Of a stretch of 64,000 nt of DNA, positions 22,093 to 34,890 are shown one piece after another (positions within the stretch are counted from its first letter, which is position 1; every line of letters starts with the position of its first letter). The notes under the pieces are model-generated. The model was not told where the DNA came from. It saw only the letters and a list, made by a program, of their open reading frames with translations, and did not search any database. Both the position numbers and the translations under genes were made by a program. Location: NCBI GenBank assembly GCA_964016885.1, contig OZ024740.1, positions 439,084,001 through 439,148,000 of the forward strand, given 5' to 3'. This DNA is from Eledone cirrhosa. Lineage: Eukaryota.

Positions 22093-25000
22093 ATGACCTC
22101 ACTCAGAATAGGCAGCATAAATGCGCGTGGCTTGGGGTCGTCATGGAAGCAGGGTCACCTGCTCAACGACCTCAGGTCACTAAACATAGATGTAGTGGCC
22201 ATCAGCGAGACCAGAATCTCCGAAGCACGGGCCTTCGCACCGATCTTCGGCGGCTACGATGTGTACGCATCTCCCAGCCGTCCTGGATCGGGTGGAGGAG
22301 TTGCTGTGCTTTTTCGGAGAGGTTTGGATCTCGCCATACGGGCCATCTTCCTGGACCCAGAGGGTAAGCTGGTGGTGCTGGACGTGACCAGCGGAGACGG
22401 GCAAGCTTTCAGGCTAGTGGCCGTCTATGCCCCGACAGGAGCAGGGCGGCCTGATTTCTTCCGGCGTCTGGAGACCTTTCTTGGAACGTCGCGCTCTTTA
22501 GTGTTAGTGGGCGACTGGAACGGGATCTTAGATGCACGCTGGGACTGTGTGGGATTAGCGGATAGGGGTGGAGGGTGCAAGAGCCTCACCAACCTGCTCA
22601 GGCGTTTTGAACTGTCTGACAGGTACCGATTGGATTTCCCGAATGTGCCAATGTGGACTTGGACAAACCGCATAGGGTCATCCAGATCATATCTAGATAG
22701 AGTATTTTGTAGGGAAATAGATAGGTCTAGCATAGGCTGTCCACAATTCAAGATAGTCAGCTACACGGACCACAAATTCGTGATCTGTGTGCTTGACTTA
22801 GATAGGCTTCATAGACGAGGACCCGGCTACTGGAAGCTAAACGCGTCCTTACCAGCGCGCAAGGCCTACAGAGACCGGATTAGCGAACTAGTTAAGCGGG
22901 CGTTGACGGGGGCCATCGTCAACAACAAGTGGTGGTTTGCTCTGAAAAGAGCGATTAGAATAGAATCGATTAGGTTTAGTAAGGCTTTAGCAATAGAGAA
23001 AAATAGAGCAGAGGGAGAACTAGTTAGAAAATTAGACGAGGCGCTTAGCAAAGGCATTGCGACCGACGTGCTTGCGGCGAAATTGGCCCTTGACCAATTC
23101 TTCAATGCAAAGCACGAAGGCTGCGTTGTCAGAGCTAGGGTGCGTGCTCTCAGACACGAGGGGACGAAAGCCGTTCAATGGGCCCGAGTGGCGGAGGCGC
23201 GTCGTGGCAACAAAGCCACGATCCGGTCTTTGGTGGACCACGACGGGCGCATGCTACTCGATCCCGGGCAAATGTGTGAAGCTTTTCAGCGACACTTCGC
23301 TCAGCTGTTCGGGGGCAGCGGGGGGCCGGGTAGAGGGATGGACTTTAGTGTCTACCTCGACGGACTGCCGCGGCTCTCGGCCACTGAGGCGAGGTGTTGC
23401 GAAAAGCCGATAACAGCCGCTGAAGTAAGGGAGGCAATGACTGGCTGCACAAGGGGTAAATCGCCTGGTTTGGATGGTCTGCCCTATGAACTTTACGTAC
23501 AGATGCCAGACTTGTTCGGAGGCCTCTTGGCGGACGTCTACTGCAACTGGCAACAGAACGGGAGAATTCCCAGTTCTGTGAGCCGAGGAGCGGTGGCACT
23601 GCTGAGAAAGGATCCGAACAAGGGGGATAACATAGACAATTTCCGGCCCATAACTCTGCTAAACACAGAGTTTAAGATTTTGGCCAAGGTGCTAGCAAAG
23701 AGGTTGGCGCTTGTCGTTGGTGGTCTGGTGGGAGAGGCGCAGACATGCGCCATTCCCGACAGATCCATCCACGACAACCTCCACCTCATGCGATACATCG
23801 TAGAGAGGGTAGCTAGGGAACCTGGCACGGGTGGGTCCTTGATCAATTTAGATCAGTCGAAAGCTTTCGATAGGGTCGACCATCGTTACCTAGCGGCAGT
23901 CCTGAGGGCGGCTGGCTTTGGGCCCGTCTTCAGAGGCTGGATCGCTGCCATGCACAGCGACATCTGCTCTGTGGTGAGAGTGAACGGTCACCTGTCGGAA
24001 CCGTTCAACATCATGCGCTCGGTCCGCCAAGGATGTCCCCTCTCGTCCCTCTTGTACGTATTGACTCTCGAGCCATTACTGCACAAACTGGAGACGTTGA
24101 GGGGAGTCCCGCGCGAACTAGGATGCGGAAGATCCGTGTCAGCATATGCGGACGATGTCACCGTAGTGGTGTCGAACGCCAAACACATCGAGGCGATCGG
24201 CACTACACTAAGAGAATACGAAGCGGTGACAGGAGCAATGATCAACCAGGAAAAGTCAGTGGGCCTGCAGCTCGGCACCTGGAGAGGCAGGTCCATGCCG
24301 TCCAACAGCGTCGTCGGGCGCTGGACGGACGGACCGGTTAAATTGCTAGGGGTCTGGTTCGGTCCGGACCTCCAGACGGACAAAAACTGGGACGAGGTGA
24401 CGAGCAGGGTGGCTTCTCTCACCCAGAAATGGGCGGAGAGGAAGCTATCCCTGAAAGGTCGAGCGGAGGTGGCTAACGCGTACATCGCGTCTGTCATCTG
24501 CTACCGCCTAACCGTCGTACCTTGTCCTAAGCCTCGCCTGACTGCGCTGGAGCGTTTGCTCTTTCGCTTTTTGTGGAAGGGACGTGCTCCGATGGTCAGG
24601 CGGTCCATCTGTTGTCAACACCCGCTACGTGGAGGGCTGGGCATGCCGTGGCTGATGATGCGCAGGCACGCGCTCAGGCTACGACATCTCCACCTCTTCC
24701 TCGACGGTGATCAGGTGTGGTCGCCGTTTGCTAGACGCGTTTTTCCCCAGCTCGTTTCCTTGACGGAGCTGCAGTCCTGGGTCAAGCGAAGACCGAGAGG
24801 GAGCGCCTGGAGACTGGAATGTTTTCAGGCGCTCACAGCCCTCGACCAATCGGGCAATGTGATCGGTGGAAACTCCACCTCGGCGTTCTATAGAGGATTA
24901 GTGGAGGGGAAGAGCGACGACGTACTTGGGGAAACTCTAGGCGTCGACGAAAATCAACTAGCCAATCTCTTCGGAAGAACTTTCGGGCCGGGGCCTATGG

Positions 25001-25512
25001 ACAACTTCCAGAAATCTCTGGCCTGGCAGTGCTACCGAGGAGCCTTGCCAGTTCGGGATAAACTCTACAGGCATGGAGGTGCCGTCAGCCGGGCATGTCC
25101 GAGATGCGCGCAGGGCGACGAAACCGTCCTGCACGCACTCGTCCAGTGTCCGAAAATTGCTGACTTGTGGGTTTATGTCGAACACCTGCTGTCGCGTTTA
25201 GGACGGATCCAGCTATCATCTGAGTCCATCGTGAGGATTGCCCCGCCCTCCTCCTTTAGCCGGGAAGGGCAGGCAGTTTTTATCTGTCTGGTGGCCATGG
25301 CGAAAGAGATAGTATGGTGGACACGTTTGAAAGGGCTGAAGACGAGCACTTACCTCTTCGGTGATGCTCTGATTGACTTTTTCAAATTTCATTTGAAAAG
25401 GAAAATCAGAGTAGAGAGGGAAGTGCTCTCTTCCCAGCATTTTGTTGAAAGATGGGTGAGAGAAGCAAGAATGGCCCGAGTGAATGGGCCGACTCTGAGT
25501 ATATATCTGTAA
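22093..25512 (+). CDS. ORF2p of T2 (APE-RT-ZnF, 1139 aa)
   Basis: Intact paralog of 16012..19431. Confidence 0.96.
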   Translation: MTSLRIGSINARGLGSSWKQGHLLNDLRSLNIDVVAISETRISEARAFAPIFGGYDVYASPSRPGSGGGVAVLFRRGLDLAIRAIFLDPEGKLVVLDVTSGDGQAFRLVAVYAPTGAGRPDFFRRLETFLGTSRSLVLVGDWNGILDARWDCVGLADRGGGCKSLTNLLRRFELSDRYRLDFPNVPMWTWTNRIGSSRSYLDRVFCREIDRSSIGCPQFKIVSYTDHKFVICVLDLDRLHRRGPGYWKLNASLPARKAYRDRISELVKRALTGAIVNNKWWFALKRAIRIESIRFSKALAIEKNRAEGELVRKLDEALSKGIATDVLAAKLALDQFFNAKHEGCVVRARVRALRHEGTKAVQWARVAEARRGNKATIRSLVDHDGRMLLDPGQMCEAFQRHFAQLFGGSGGPGRGMDFSVYLDGLPRLSATEARCCEKPITAAEVREAMTGCTRGKSPGLDGLPYELYVQMPDLFGGLLADVYCNWQQNGRIPSSVSRGAVALLRKDPNKGDNIDNFRPITLLNTEFKILAKVLAKRLALVVGGLVGEAQTCAIPDRSIHDNLHLMRYIVERVAREPGTGGSLINLDQSKAFDRVDHRYLAAVLRAAGFGPVFRGWIAAMHSDICSVVRVNGHLSEPFNIMRSVRQGCPLSSLLYVLTLEPLLHKLETLRGVPRELGCGRSVSAYADDVTVVVSNAKHIEAIGTTLREYEAVTGAMINQEKSVGLQLGTWRGRSMPSNSVVGRWTDGPVKLLGVWFGPDLQTDKNWDEVTSRVASLTQKWAERKLSLKGRAEVANAYIASVICYRLTVVPCPKPRLTALERLLFRFLWKGRAPMVRRSICCQHPLRGGLGMPWLMMRRHALRLRHLHLFLDGDQVWSPFARRVFPQLVSLTELQSWVKRRPRGSAWRLECFQALTALDQSGNVIGGNSTSAFYRGLVEGKSDDVLGETLGVDENQLANLFGRTFGPGPMDNFQKSLAWQCYRGALPVRDKLYRHGGAVSRACPRCAQGDETVLHALVQCPKIADLWVYVEHLLSRLGRIQLSSESIVRIAPPSSFSREGQAVFICLVAMAKEIVWWTRLKGLKTSTYLFGDALIDFFKFHLKRKIRVEREVLSSQHFVERWVREARMARVNGPTLSIYL

Positions 25513-25772
25513 ACTAAAGGTGGAAAACTGGGAGAGGGCACTTGCCTTGGTGGTCAGGGTCATTGTGGCTTTTTACTGGGCTTTCTCCACAAATGTCCCT
25601 CCGAAGTCTCCCCCCTATTGGGGAATTTTTCATTGTTATTTTCATTGTTATTTTTGTTACATCCTCTGTTTTTGTTTTTTTACACGCAGAAATGCCCATT
25701 TGTACCGTCCTGCATTGTCCTGCACTGTCCTTAATGTCTACTTTATGTAAACCCTTGTGGTTAATAAAGAAA

Positions 25773-25816
<44 letters not shown>

Positions 25817-28800
25817 GAATGCCATGGTTGACGGAGGCTCGGCTCTGTAAGGTATAGTAATTTTTAACCGTTAAAACAATTGTAAATTGTTTAAAACTTG
25901 AACCAAATTGTTGATAAAGACACCCTCCTCCTCGTGAGAGGGGTCTTTCTGTCCGTTATTTGGCCCTTCGGGGTTAAATAACCAGTTATTGGGGTTTTGT
26001 ACCCAAAATTTCATTTTAAACAAAAAACAACATGGCTACGAAAAAGAAATTTCATACGTCACTCCCACTCATTCCGTCTTCTTCTTCCTCAATCATCACT
26101 ACAGCAGAGAGAAGATTGTCTCTCTCCCTCCCTTCTTTAAATGTGTCTCTCTCCCTCCCTTCTCTTTCGCAAGTGACGAAAGAAAAGAAAAGTCTCGTGC
26201 AAAGCGTGCAAGGTTTCTCCACGACGACGACGACAGCGACGAAACAGGTGTGCGGGAAATACGAAAACCCAGTTCATTCGTCTGACGTCAGGAATAATAG
26301 CAGTAGCAGCCGTAATAACAACAGCAACAGTGACAATGAAAACAACAGTAGCAGCCGCAACAGCATCACCAGCAGCATAAACAACAACAGCATTAGCAGC
26401 AGCAACACCAACAACAACCACAGCAACAGCGGCGGAGGCAGTAGTCGTAGTACCTGCAGCAACAACAAAAGTACCAGCAGCTCTGACGACAACAACAACA
26501 GCAGAGAAAAACCAATCTCATTTGCAGGTATTGCGAAAAACTTGGAAACAATCCTCATAACAAATGAGGAATTAGAGGAAGCGAAGAAGATGGTGACAAA
26601 GAACGGACACCGAGCAATCTGCAAGGCAGCGAAAAATTTTTTCGAAACCCAAGAGCACTGTACGGTCACGTACCGTACAGTAAGTACAAAATCCCGTAGG
26701 GTGGAAAGAGCCACAGAGGCCCAAATACAAAAAGCCTTGGGGTCTGTGTGGCAGCGGAAAACGCACATCACCCGAGGCAAAAGATATATGCCACCGTAGA
26801 CGTACTTTTTGCCACACCCCAGGAGGCAAAGGCCCAATCAGTAGTGACCCTAAGGAGCGAGGAAATGGTGTTGGTGCCCTCCTACTGTGGGCAAAAAATT
26901 GTGAGGGTCAAACTGACCCACGTCCCCCCCGGAATGACCCCTTCTTGGCTGGCCGCGTCTGTCCTCGTCGGAATCGAGGACAAAACAACTGTACTGCAAG
27001 TACAGAAAAAAGTAAGAGAAGATTGGGTCGGCTCCTCCATTGAGATGCTAATCCAAACCAACCAGGAGTGCATCGAAGCTATCCCGGATGTGATAGACTT
27101 CGATAACGGCACTCAACTGCCCATAAGTGTTGAGGGCAAACGCCCGAAATGCTTTCGCTGTGGATCGAAGACTCACCTCAGGGCCTTCTGCAACGAGAAG
27201 ACCCTGAGAAAGGAGAAAACCCCCCTCCTTCCGAATCCGGCTCCACGGCTACCAGCAACAGGACAAGCGGCAACCAGGAACGATAGGCCCGTGGCACCCA
27301 TACCCACTCCACGGAAATCAAAAACAGCAGCAGCAGTGGAAATACTAACAACAACAACAGCAATACCAAATGCAGCTGCAACAGAGACTCCAGTGCAAAC
27401 ATCACCAACAACAACAAGTGAAAGAGTGGAGTTGGTACCCCTCCCCGACCTCACAGAATCAGACATGGAGTGTGAGGTGGGAGAGAGATGGCAAAAGGTC
27501 GTAAGAAGGCACAAACGCAGAAGCAGCGCATCGTCGCCTTTGAAAAGTGAGGAAAGAAATGAGAAAAGGGTAAAGTCTACTGCAAAGAGACCCACAGCAG
27601 CAACAACACCAACACCATCACCACCCACACTAGCGCCACCATCACCACCGGCGACAACCCCACCGCCAACAACACCTTCAACACCACCACCACAAGCACC
27701 AACATCGCAAACACAACAACAAAACACACACACCCAGCAACAACGACAAGAAAATAGCAGAACCACACCCCACCCCCAGAAAAACAAATGCACGGCAATA
27801 AATACACACAACAAGAAACTAATGAATTACATAATTGAACACGCAGACATTTCACAACACGACTACATAATACCAGCACCAATCAAAACGCCAACTAACA
27901 TAAGACTGCTAAAAATAGCACAGAAACAATACACAAACATTAAAACGAAATTCCCCAACGCAGTTGGTGATTTCAGGGACCTAGGAGGAGCTATCAATCG
28001 AAGAGTATATTTAGACATTCTCTTAGAAGAGCCGACGACCAGCCGAAGGGACGATCAACGGTCCCTTCACCAGACGATCAAGTGAAAAGGGATGTAAAAA
28101 CCATCCCTCCTCTACCAAAAGTACGGTAAGTGGTCTTTCCCATCTTTTCCACTCTATTTTAAACATGACCTCACTCAGAATAGGCAGCATAAATGCGCGT
28201 GGCTTGGGGTCGTCATTGAAGCAGGGTCACCTGCTCAACGACCTCAGGTCACTAAACATAGATGTAGTGGCCATCAGCGAGACCAGAATCTCCGAAGCAC
28301 GGGCCTTCGCACCGATCTTCGGCGGCTACTATGTGTACGCATCTCCCAGCCGTCCTGGATCGGGGTAGGAGTTGCTGTGCTTTTTCGGAGAGGTTTGGAT
28401 CTCGCCATACGGGCCATCTTCCTGGACCCAGAGGGTAAGCTGGTGGTGCTGGACGTGACAGGCGGAGACGGGCAAGCTTTCAGGCTAGTGGCCGTCTATG
28501 CCCCGACAGGAGCAGGGCGGCCTGATTTCTTCCGGCGTCTGGAGACCTTTCTTGGAACGTCCCGCTCTTTAGTGTTAGTGGGCGACTGGAACGGGATCTT
28601 AGATGCACGCTGGGACTGTGTGGGATTAGCGGATAGAGGTGGAGAGTGCAAGAGCCTCACCAACCTGCTCAGGCGTTTTGAACTGTCTGACAGGTACCGA
28701 TTGGATTTCCCGAATGTGCCAATGTGGACTTGGACAAATCGCATAGGATCATCCAGATCATATCTAGATAGAGTATTTTGTAGGGAAATAGATAGGTCTA

Positions 28801-30434
28801 GCATAGGCTGTCCACAATTCAAGATAGTCAGCTACACGGACCACAAATTCGTGATCTGTGTGCTTGACTTAAATAGGCTTCATAGACGAGGACCCGGCTA
28901 CTGGAAGCTAAACGCGTCCTTACCAGCGCGCAAGGCCTACAGAGACCGGATTAGCAAACTAGTTAAGCGGGCGTTGACGAGGGCCATCGTCAACAACAAG
29001 TGGTGGTTTGCTCTGAAAAGAGCGATTAGAATAGAATCCATTAGGTTTAGTAAGGCTTTAGCAATAGAGAAAAATAGAGCAGAGGGAGAACTAGTTAGAA
29101 AATTAGACGAGGCGCTTAGCAAAGGCATTGCGACTGACGTACTTGCGGCGAAATTGGCCCTTGACCAATTCTTCAGTGCAAAGCACGAAGGCTGCGTTGT
29201 CAGAGCAAGGGTGCGTGCTCTCAGACACGAGGGGACGAAAGCCGTTCAATGGGCCGGAGTGGCGGAGGCGCGTCGTGGCAACAAAGCCACGATCTGGTCT
29301 TTGGTGGACCACGACGGGCGCATGCTACTCGATCCCGGGCAAATGTGTGAAGCTTTTCAGCGACACTTCGCTCAGGTGTTCGGGGGCAGCGGTGGGCCGG
29401 GTAGAGGGATGGACTTTAGTGTCTACCTCGACGGACTGCCGCGGCTTTCGGCCACTGAGACGAAGTGTTGCGAAAAGCCGATAACAGACGCTGAAGTAAG
29501 GGAGGCAATGACTGGCTGCACAAGGGGTAAATCGCCTGGTTTGGATGGTCTCCCCTATGAACTTTACGTACAGTTGCCAGACTTGTTCGGAGGCCTCTTG
29601 GCGGACGTCTACTGCAACTGGCAACAGAACGGGAGAATTCCCAGTTCTGTGAGCCGAGGAGCGGTGGCACTGCTGAGAAAGGATCCGAACAAGGGGGATA
29701 ACATAGATAATTTCCGGCCCATAACTGTGCTAAACACAGAGTTCAAGATTTTGGCCAAGGTGCTAGCAAAGAGGTTGGCCCTTGTCGTTGGTGGTCTGGT
29801 GGGAGAGGCGCAGACATGCGCCATTCCCGACAGATCCATCCACGACAACCTCCACCTCCTGCGATACATCATAGAGAGGGTAGCTAAGGAACCTGGCACG
29901 GGTGGGTCCTTGATCAATTTAGATCAGTCGAAAGCTTTCGATAGGGTCGACCATCGTTACCTAGCGGCAGTCCTGAGGGCGGCTGGCTTTGGGCCCGTCT
30001 TCAGAGGCTGGATCGCTGCCATGCACAGCGACATCTGCTCTGTGGTGAGAGTGAACGGTCACCTGTCGGAACCGTTCAACATCATGCGCTCGGTCCGCCA
30101 AGGATGTCCCCTCTCGTCCCTCTTGTACGTATTGACTCTCGAGCCATTACTGCACAAACTGGAGACGTTGAGGGGAGTCCCGCGCGAACTAGGATGCGGA
30201 AGATCCGTGTGAGCATATGCGGACGATGTCACCGTAGTGGTGTCGAACGTAGTGGTGTCCCTCCGAAGTCTCCCCCCTATTGGGGAATTTTTCATTGTTA
30301 TTCTCATTGTTATTTTTGTTACATCCTCTGTTTTTGTTTTTTTACACGCAGAAATGCCCATTTGTACCGTCCTGCATTGTCCTGCACTGTCCTTAATGTC
30401 TACTTTATGTAAACCCTTGTGGTTAATAAAGAAA

Positions 30435-30436
<2 letters not shown>
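25817..30436 (+). mobile_element. Defective Tx1 copy T3 with frameshifts and a ~1.4 kb internal deletion
   Basis: Frameshifts near 26785, 28055 and 28365, and a stop at 30210. Sequence jumps from just after YADD to the 3' UTR at ~30250; both termini are intact. Confidence 0.93.
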
Positions 30437-30484
<48 letters not shown>

Positions 30485-30936
30485 GTTCTTTGAGGCTCAG
30501 TCATTGATGTTATTTAACTGGAAATTTGTTGAAATGAATATGAAGCCGCTACCTGCAGCCTCAGATATTCAGGACGTATCGGACGGTTCTTGCTGTTCCC
30601 AGCAAACATGCCTTTTGAAGTGTTCCAAAAAGCGGGGCTGGTCCAATCTTCTTTAAGCATCCTTGGAAGCTTTTTGAGATAGTACCTAGTGCGCCTATGA
30701 CAATCGGGACGACCTTGAATTCATGGCAGTTCCAAATCCTTTTTAACTCCCACTTTAAATCCTGGTGTCGGTTAATTTTCTCCCTCTCTTTCTCTTGCAC
30801 TCTCGTGTCAAATGGGCAGGCTACATCTATAATCAGGCACGATCTTTTTTCCTTGTCCAAAACCACCAGGTCAGGCCTATTGTGTTCTAATTTCTTCTCC
30901 ATCTGTATCCTAAAATCCCATAGTACCTTCACCTGA
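30485..30936 (-). mobile_element. Heavily 5'-truncated R4/Dong copy E (RLE domain + 3' UTR)
   Basis: ORF 30561..30932 matches the C-terminus of B (LWDFRIQ, RPDLV, DVACP); flanked by TTA tracts. Confidence 0.92.
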
Positions 30937-32297
30937 TCGTTTTATTATTATTATTATCATCATTATTATTATTATTCAAATAAATAATAGATATTTTAAA
31001 TAAATACTAAATATATTAACTAAATGATAAAGAAATCATTATTATAATTAGCGTAATTTTGACAATGATCATAAAACCGAAGATGGGTATCAACACATAT
31101 TGTCATCAAGATTTATTTCAAGACATTTTACAGAAAGGTATGTAGAGCCAGTTGGAAGTATGCTTTGCTAGACACTATGACATAGAGTTGAAGTATTTCT
31201 CATTAATTTCCATCTTATTCTGCCCAATGTAACTCGATCAGACATTTATTGCTTTGACGAGTTAATTAACAAGTTCTCTTATTATTTTCTTAAGATGATC
31301 AAAGTAGTTAACACACATCGTGTATCGGCCATAACTTTTACACAGGCTGCATAAAAACTGTAATGTGTCTTAACATCAACGAACTCAGAATGATTATAGC
31401 CGATAGGTCTTGGGTAGAATGTTAAAAAAGATTCGGGGATTTTACAAAGCATTAAGAATAATTTCCTGATTAAAATAATTTCTAATAAGAAGAAAGTCAT
31501 ATAAATCTTTCAATGAAGGTAACGAGCAAATAAAATTGTTCTTGCTTGACAGTAGAAAATACTGAAAGCAGAAAAACTAACATTGACTTTTGTGCAATCC
31601 GCTTTTTATTTTCTACATTCTCTTCTCTATCATGTAAAGCTGAAAGATGCAAACATTAACTTGAGGGCAAATTTAATTAAGTGTCTAAATACTATCTTTA
31701 AGTGGTACATAAGTTCACAGAGGAAAGATATAACATATAAGGTGTCATTTAAATAAGATAATGTAAAGAGTACATTCTCTTTAAAAAAAATTCTATTAGT
31801 AGCTTGAAGACACTTGAGACATTTCTCCGATGAAAAGGTATATGGCTACAAAACGGAGCAGACATGATAATTCAGTATTTATGAGAAGCAAAAGTACTGT
31901 TAAAACAAATTGATATTTTTCGGATTGTTATCCACACTTGTGTTGTTTTTCACACAAGCTTTCATCAGTAAGATCTTTCTCATCAAAATATTGCGACACT
32001 CTATGTAAAGTATCCGATTGCTAGTAACCGAGTCGAACAATTTTATCTCCATTAACAAATATTCACACCTACACAGACATATATATGCTTTCACACAGAC
32101 ACATGCATACATTTACATATACTCACATACACATTCATATTTCTGTGTCTGTATGTATGTACACACATATATTGAATAACTATCGAATTCACGCATATAA
32201 ACACAAGTGTATATTTATTCATACACATACTCCCAATTACAGGAATACGTCCACACAAACACACACATACACACATACACACACACACACACGCACA

Positions 32298-32428
<131 letters not shown>

Positions 32429-32611
32429 ATATATATGATGTGAACATTCACGTATATGCTCTAATTTTTCATGCATTTATGTTTCAATAGCAAAAGAAAA
32501 TCTCTACATAGTTACGACACCACCTCCGCAGGAGAACTAAAAGATATCAAGTTTATCTTATTTTAATATGTTAACTGTATGTTTAAGATGGCGTCAAACG
32601 GAGAATATATG

Positions 32612-32673
<62 letters not shown>

Positions 32674-32677
<4 letters not shown>

Positions 32678-34890
32678 ATACTTTGGGAGGGTCATGTTGC
32701 CAATAAGAAACACACGCACCAGTGGCTTTCACTTCAATTTATTATATATTTATAAATTTACAAATTTATAAATTTCTGGTTGGTTGGTTGGTTCCACAAC
32801 CAGATAGTTGTTTATAAATAGTCATAGTTCTTTCGTCACACACTCTGTGACCTCTTCAGTGACTGGGGATTCCTTTCTTTGTTTCTGTGCCTCTCCTTTG
32901 TTCTGTCCTACGCCATTTTGTTTCTGTGTGTGTGTGTTGTGTGCTCAGTCTGCGCATGCGCCACATCCGGGTGTCTGTATGTGTTTATGTTCATTTATTT
33001 ATTTGTTTATTTACATGTTACTGGTTGGTTGTTTGTTCTATGTGTGTGTGTGTTTTCATTTTGTCCTTAATTGTAAGTTGTGATGTTGCTGTTCCACTCA
33101 TATTTACTATTTAATTTGGGTTGTAATTCTTTTATGTTTATTGCCTCTGTAATTTGTCTAAACATTGCGTCTTCTCTGTGTGTAGATTCTATTTTTATTT
33201 CTATGTTCTCTAATTTACTCTTGTGTTTTATTTTAGCATGTTAGTAGAGTACAGATGATTCTTTATTATCTTGAAGGTCTCGCCAGTGTTCATTTATCCG
33301 TTCGCCTACACTACGAGCTGTCTCACCTATGTACACTATATTTTTGTCTCTACATTGTCCTTCAGTACATCTTATGCTATACACTACATTTCTAGTTTTA
33401 CAGTTAATATGTGGGCTTATTTTACAGGTTATACATTTCTTATCTATACATGAGGGTCTTTGAAAAGGGTATGTCTTGCTAATAAGTGTTTTTACGGAGG
33501 TACCTGGTCTTTCTACTATCTTAATATTGAGTTTATGTTTATTTAGGGCCCTTCTAAATTTATAAGCTAATTCACCTCTAGGGGTTGTATCGATGAACAT
33601 TACACTCTGGTATTTATTGCTATCATACCATGAGTTTATTCTATTAGCCTTGTTCCTAGTTCTTTCTATTCTATTCCAGAATTTGCTCCTATACAAGGGG
33701 CAGGTCCCATTTATGTCATTATTTACCATTTTTTCCCATTTGGTACTGGCTTCTCTATACACTCTGATTTTATCTCTCTGATTGTAGCCAGAGAACTGCA
33801 TACGGTGGATGAAGTGTTGTATGTGTCTCTCTAGTTCTTCGGGGGTGCACATGCGGGACACATTTCTCATCACCCGTACCAAATCCGCAATCAGTATGTT
33901 GATTTTGGTATGGTCCGAAATGGCCAAGTTTCGGTGGATCAGATGTTTGGAAGTCATGGGTTTGGCATAATGGGAATGGAGGATTTGTTTTCTGTTGTTA
34001 ATGGTATCTAACCAGAGCTCTGTGTCTAGTACAGGTAATCGATGGTTGGGGTGTTTACTTGGGTAGTCTATAGTAACTCTAATGCTCTGGTGGATGGAGT
34101 TTGCTATTTGCTGGATGCTTTCCATTGTGTTTTTCTCTAGTTCCTGACTGTTCTCTAGTGGGGGTGTCTTAACTACGATGTTTATATCATCTACGTAGCG
34201 GGAGTACATTATCAGGGTTAAGGGGTCTTCTAATTGTTCTTTAAGTTTAAGTTTAAGTCTACTGTCCCACCATACCATGAATAAGTTAGCTATGTCGCCT
34301 GCAATGCTAACACCAATGGCTGCTCCTTCCTCTTGGGCATATGTTTTTCCATTAAATTTGAACATATGTTCCTTAAGGGTTAGTTTTATGCTGGCCCCTA
34401 CCGCATGTGCAATCATTTTCTTCAGTTCATCGTGGTTTTCGGGTGTCCGTATGGTTCTGGTCCACCCGTTCCATCTATCTGTGTGGGTTTTCTTGGCCAT
34501 TGAGGTAATGGTAGGTGGTCTGCCTCTTGCTGGTCTTGTAGGGCACAGGTTGCTAAGGTCATGTGTGTCTAGGTAATTATTACTATAGGTAAGCTTAAGT
34601 AGGAGTCCCAGCTCACTGGTATCAGTCCCACGGAACTCAACCTTGCTCTCACTGATCATTTCTACGCACTTCTCCACAGTAAAATCCACGTCAATAGATG
34701 GATACAGGGACACAACATCCATACTGCCTATTATGCAGTTTGTTAGGTCCCCAGATCGGTTACTCACGCCGATTCTGCTGAGGAGGTCCTCCGTGCTGTC
34801 ACATACATCTGGAGACATTTCAATGATGGGGCGTATGATCACACGCCCCATCATTGAAATGTCCCCAGATGTATGTGACAGCACGGAGGA
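32674..34890 (-). mobile_element. Penelope-like element (RT + GIY-YIG), 5'-truncated with a terminal inversion
   Basis: SMDVVSLYPSI, QEEGAAIG, RYVDD, LPVLD, VVYSIRC..VYIGET; related to the ORF at 60999..63947. Palindrome at 34787..34890; 3' end lies in (TA)n. Confidence 0.9.
32820..32864 (-). ncRNA. Minimal type I hammerhead ribozyme in the 3' end of the PLE
   Basis: agtca-CTGAAGA-g-gtcaca(gagtg)tgtgac-GAAA-gaac-TA-tgact; stems I and II pair perfectly. Confidence 0.8.

Larger units (their letters stand above)
19747..25774 (+). mobile_element. Full-length Tx1/L1-clade retrotransposon copy T2
   Basis: Near-identical to T1, offset 6081 bp. Confidence 0.95.

Noticed and set aside
2567-30976. 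Telomeric retrotransposon array
   Set aside because: The spacers are (TTA)n rather than TTAGG/TTAGGG, and there is no evidence of a chromosome end in the window.
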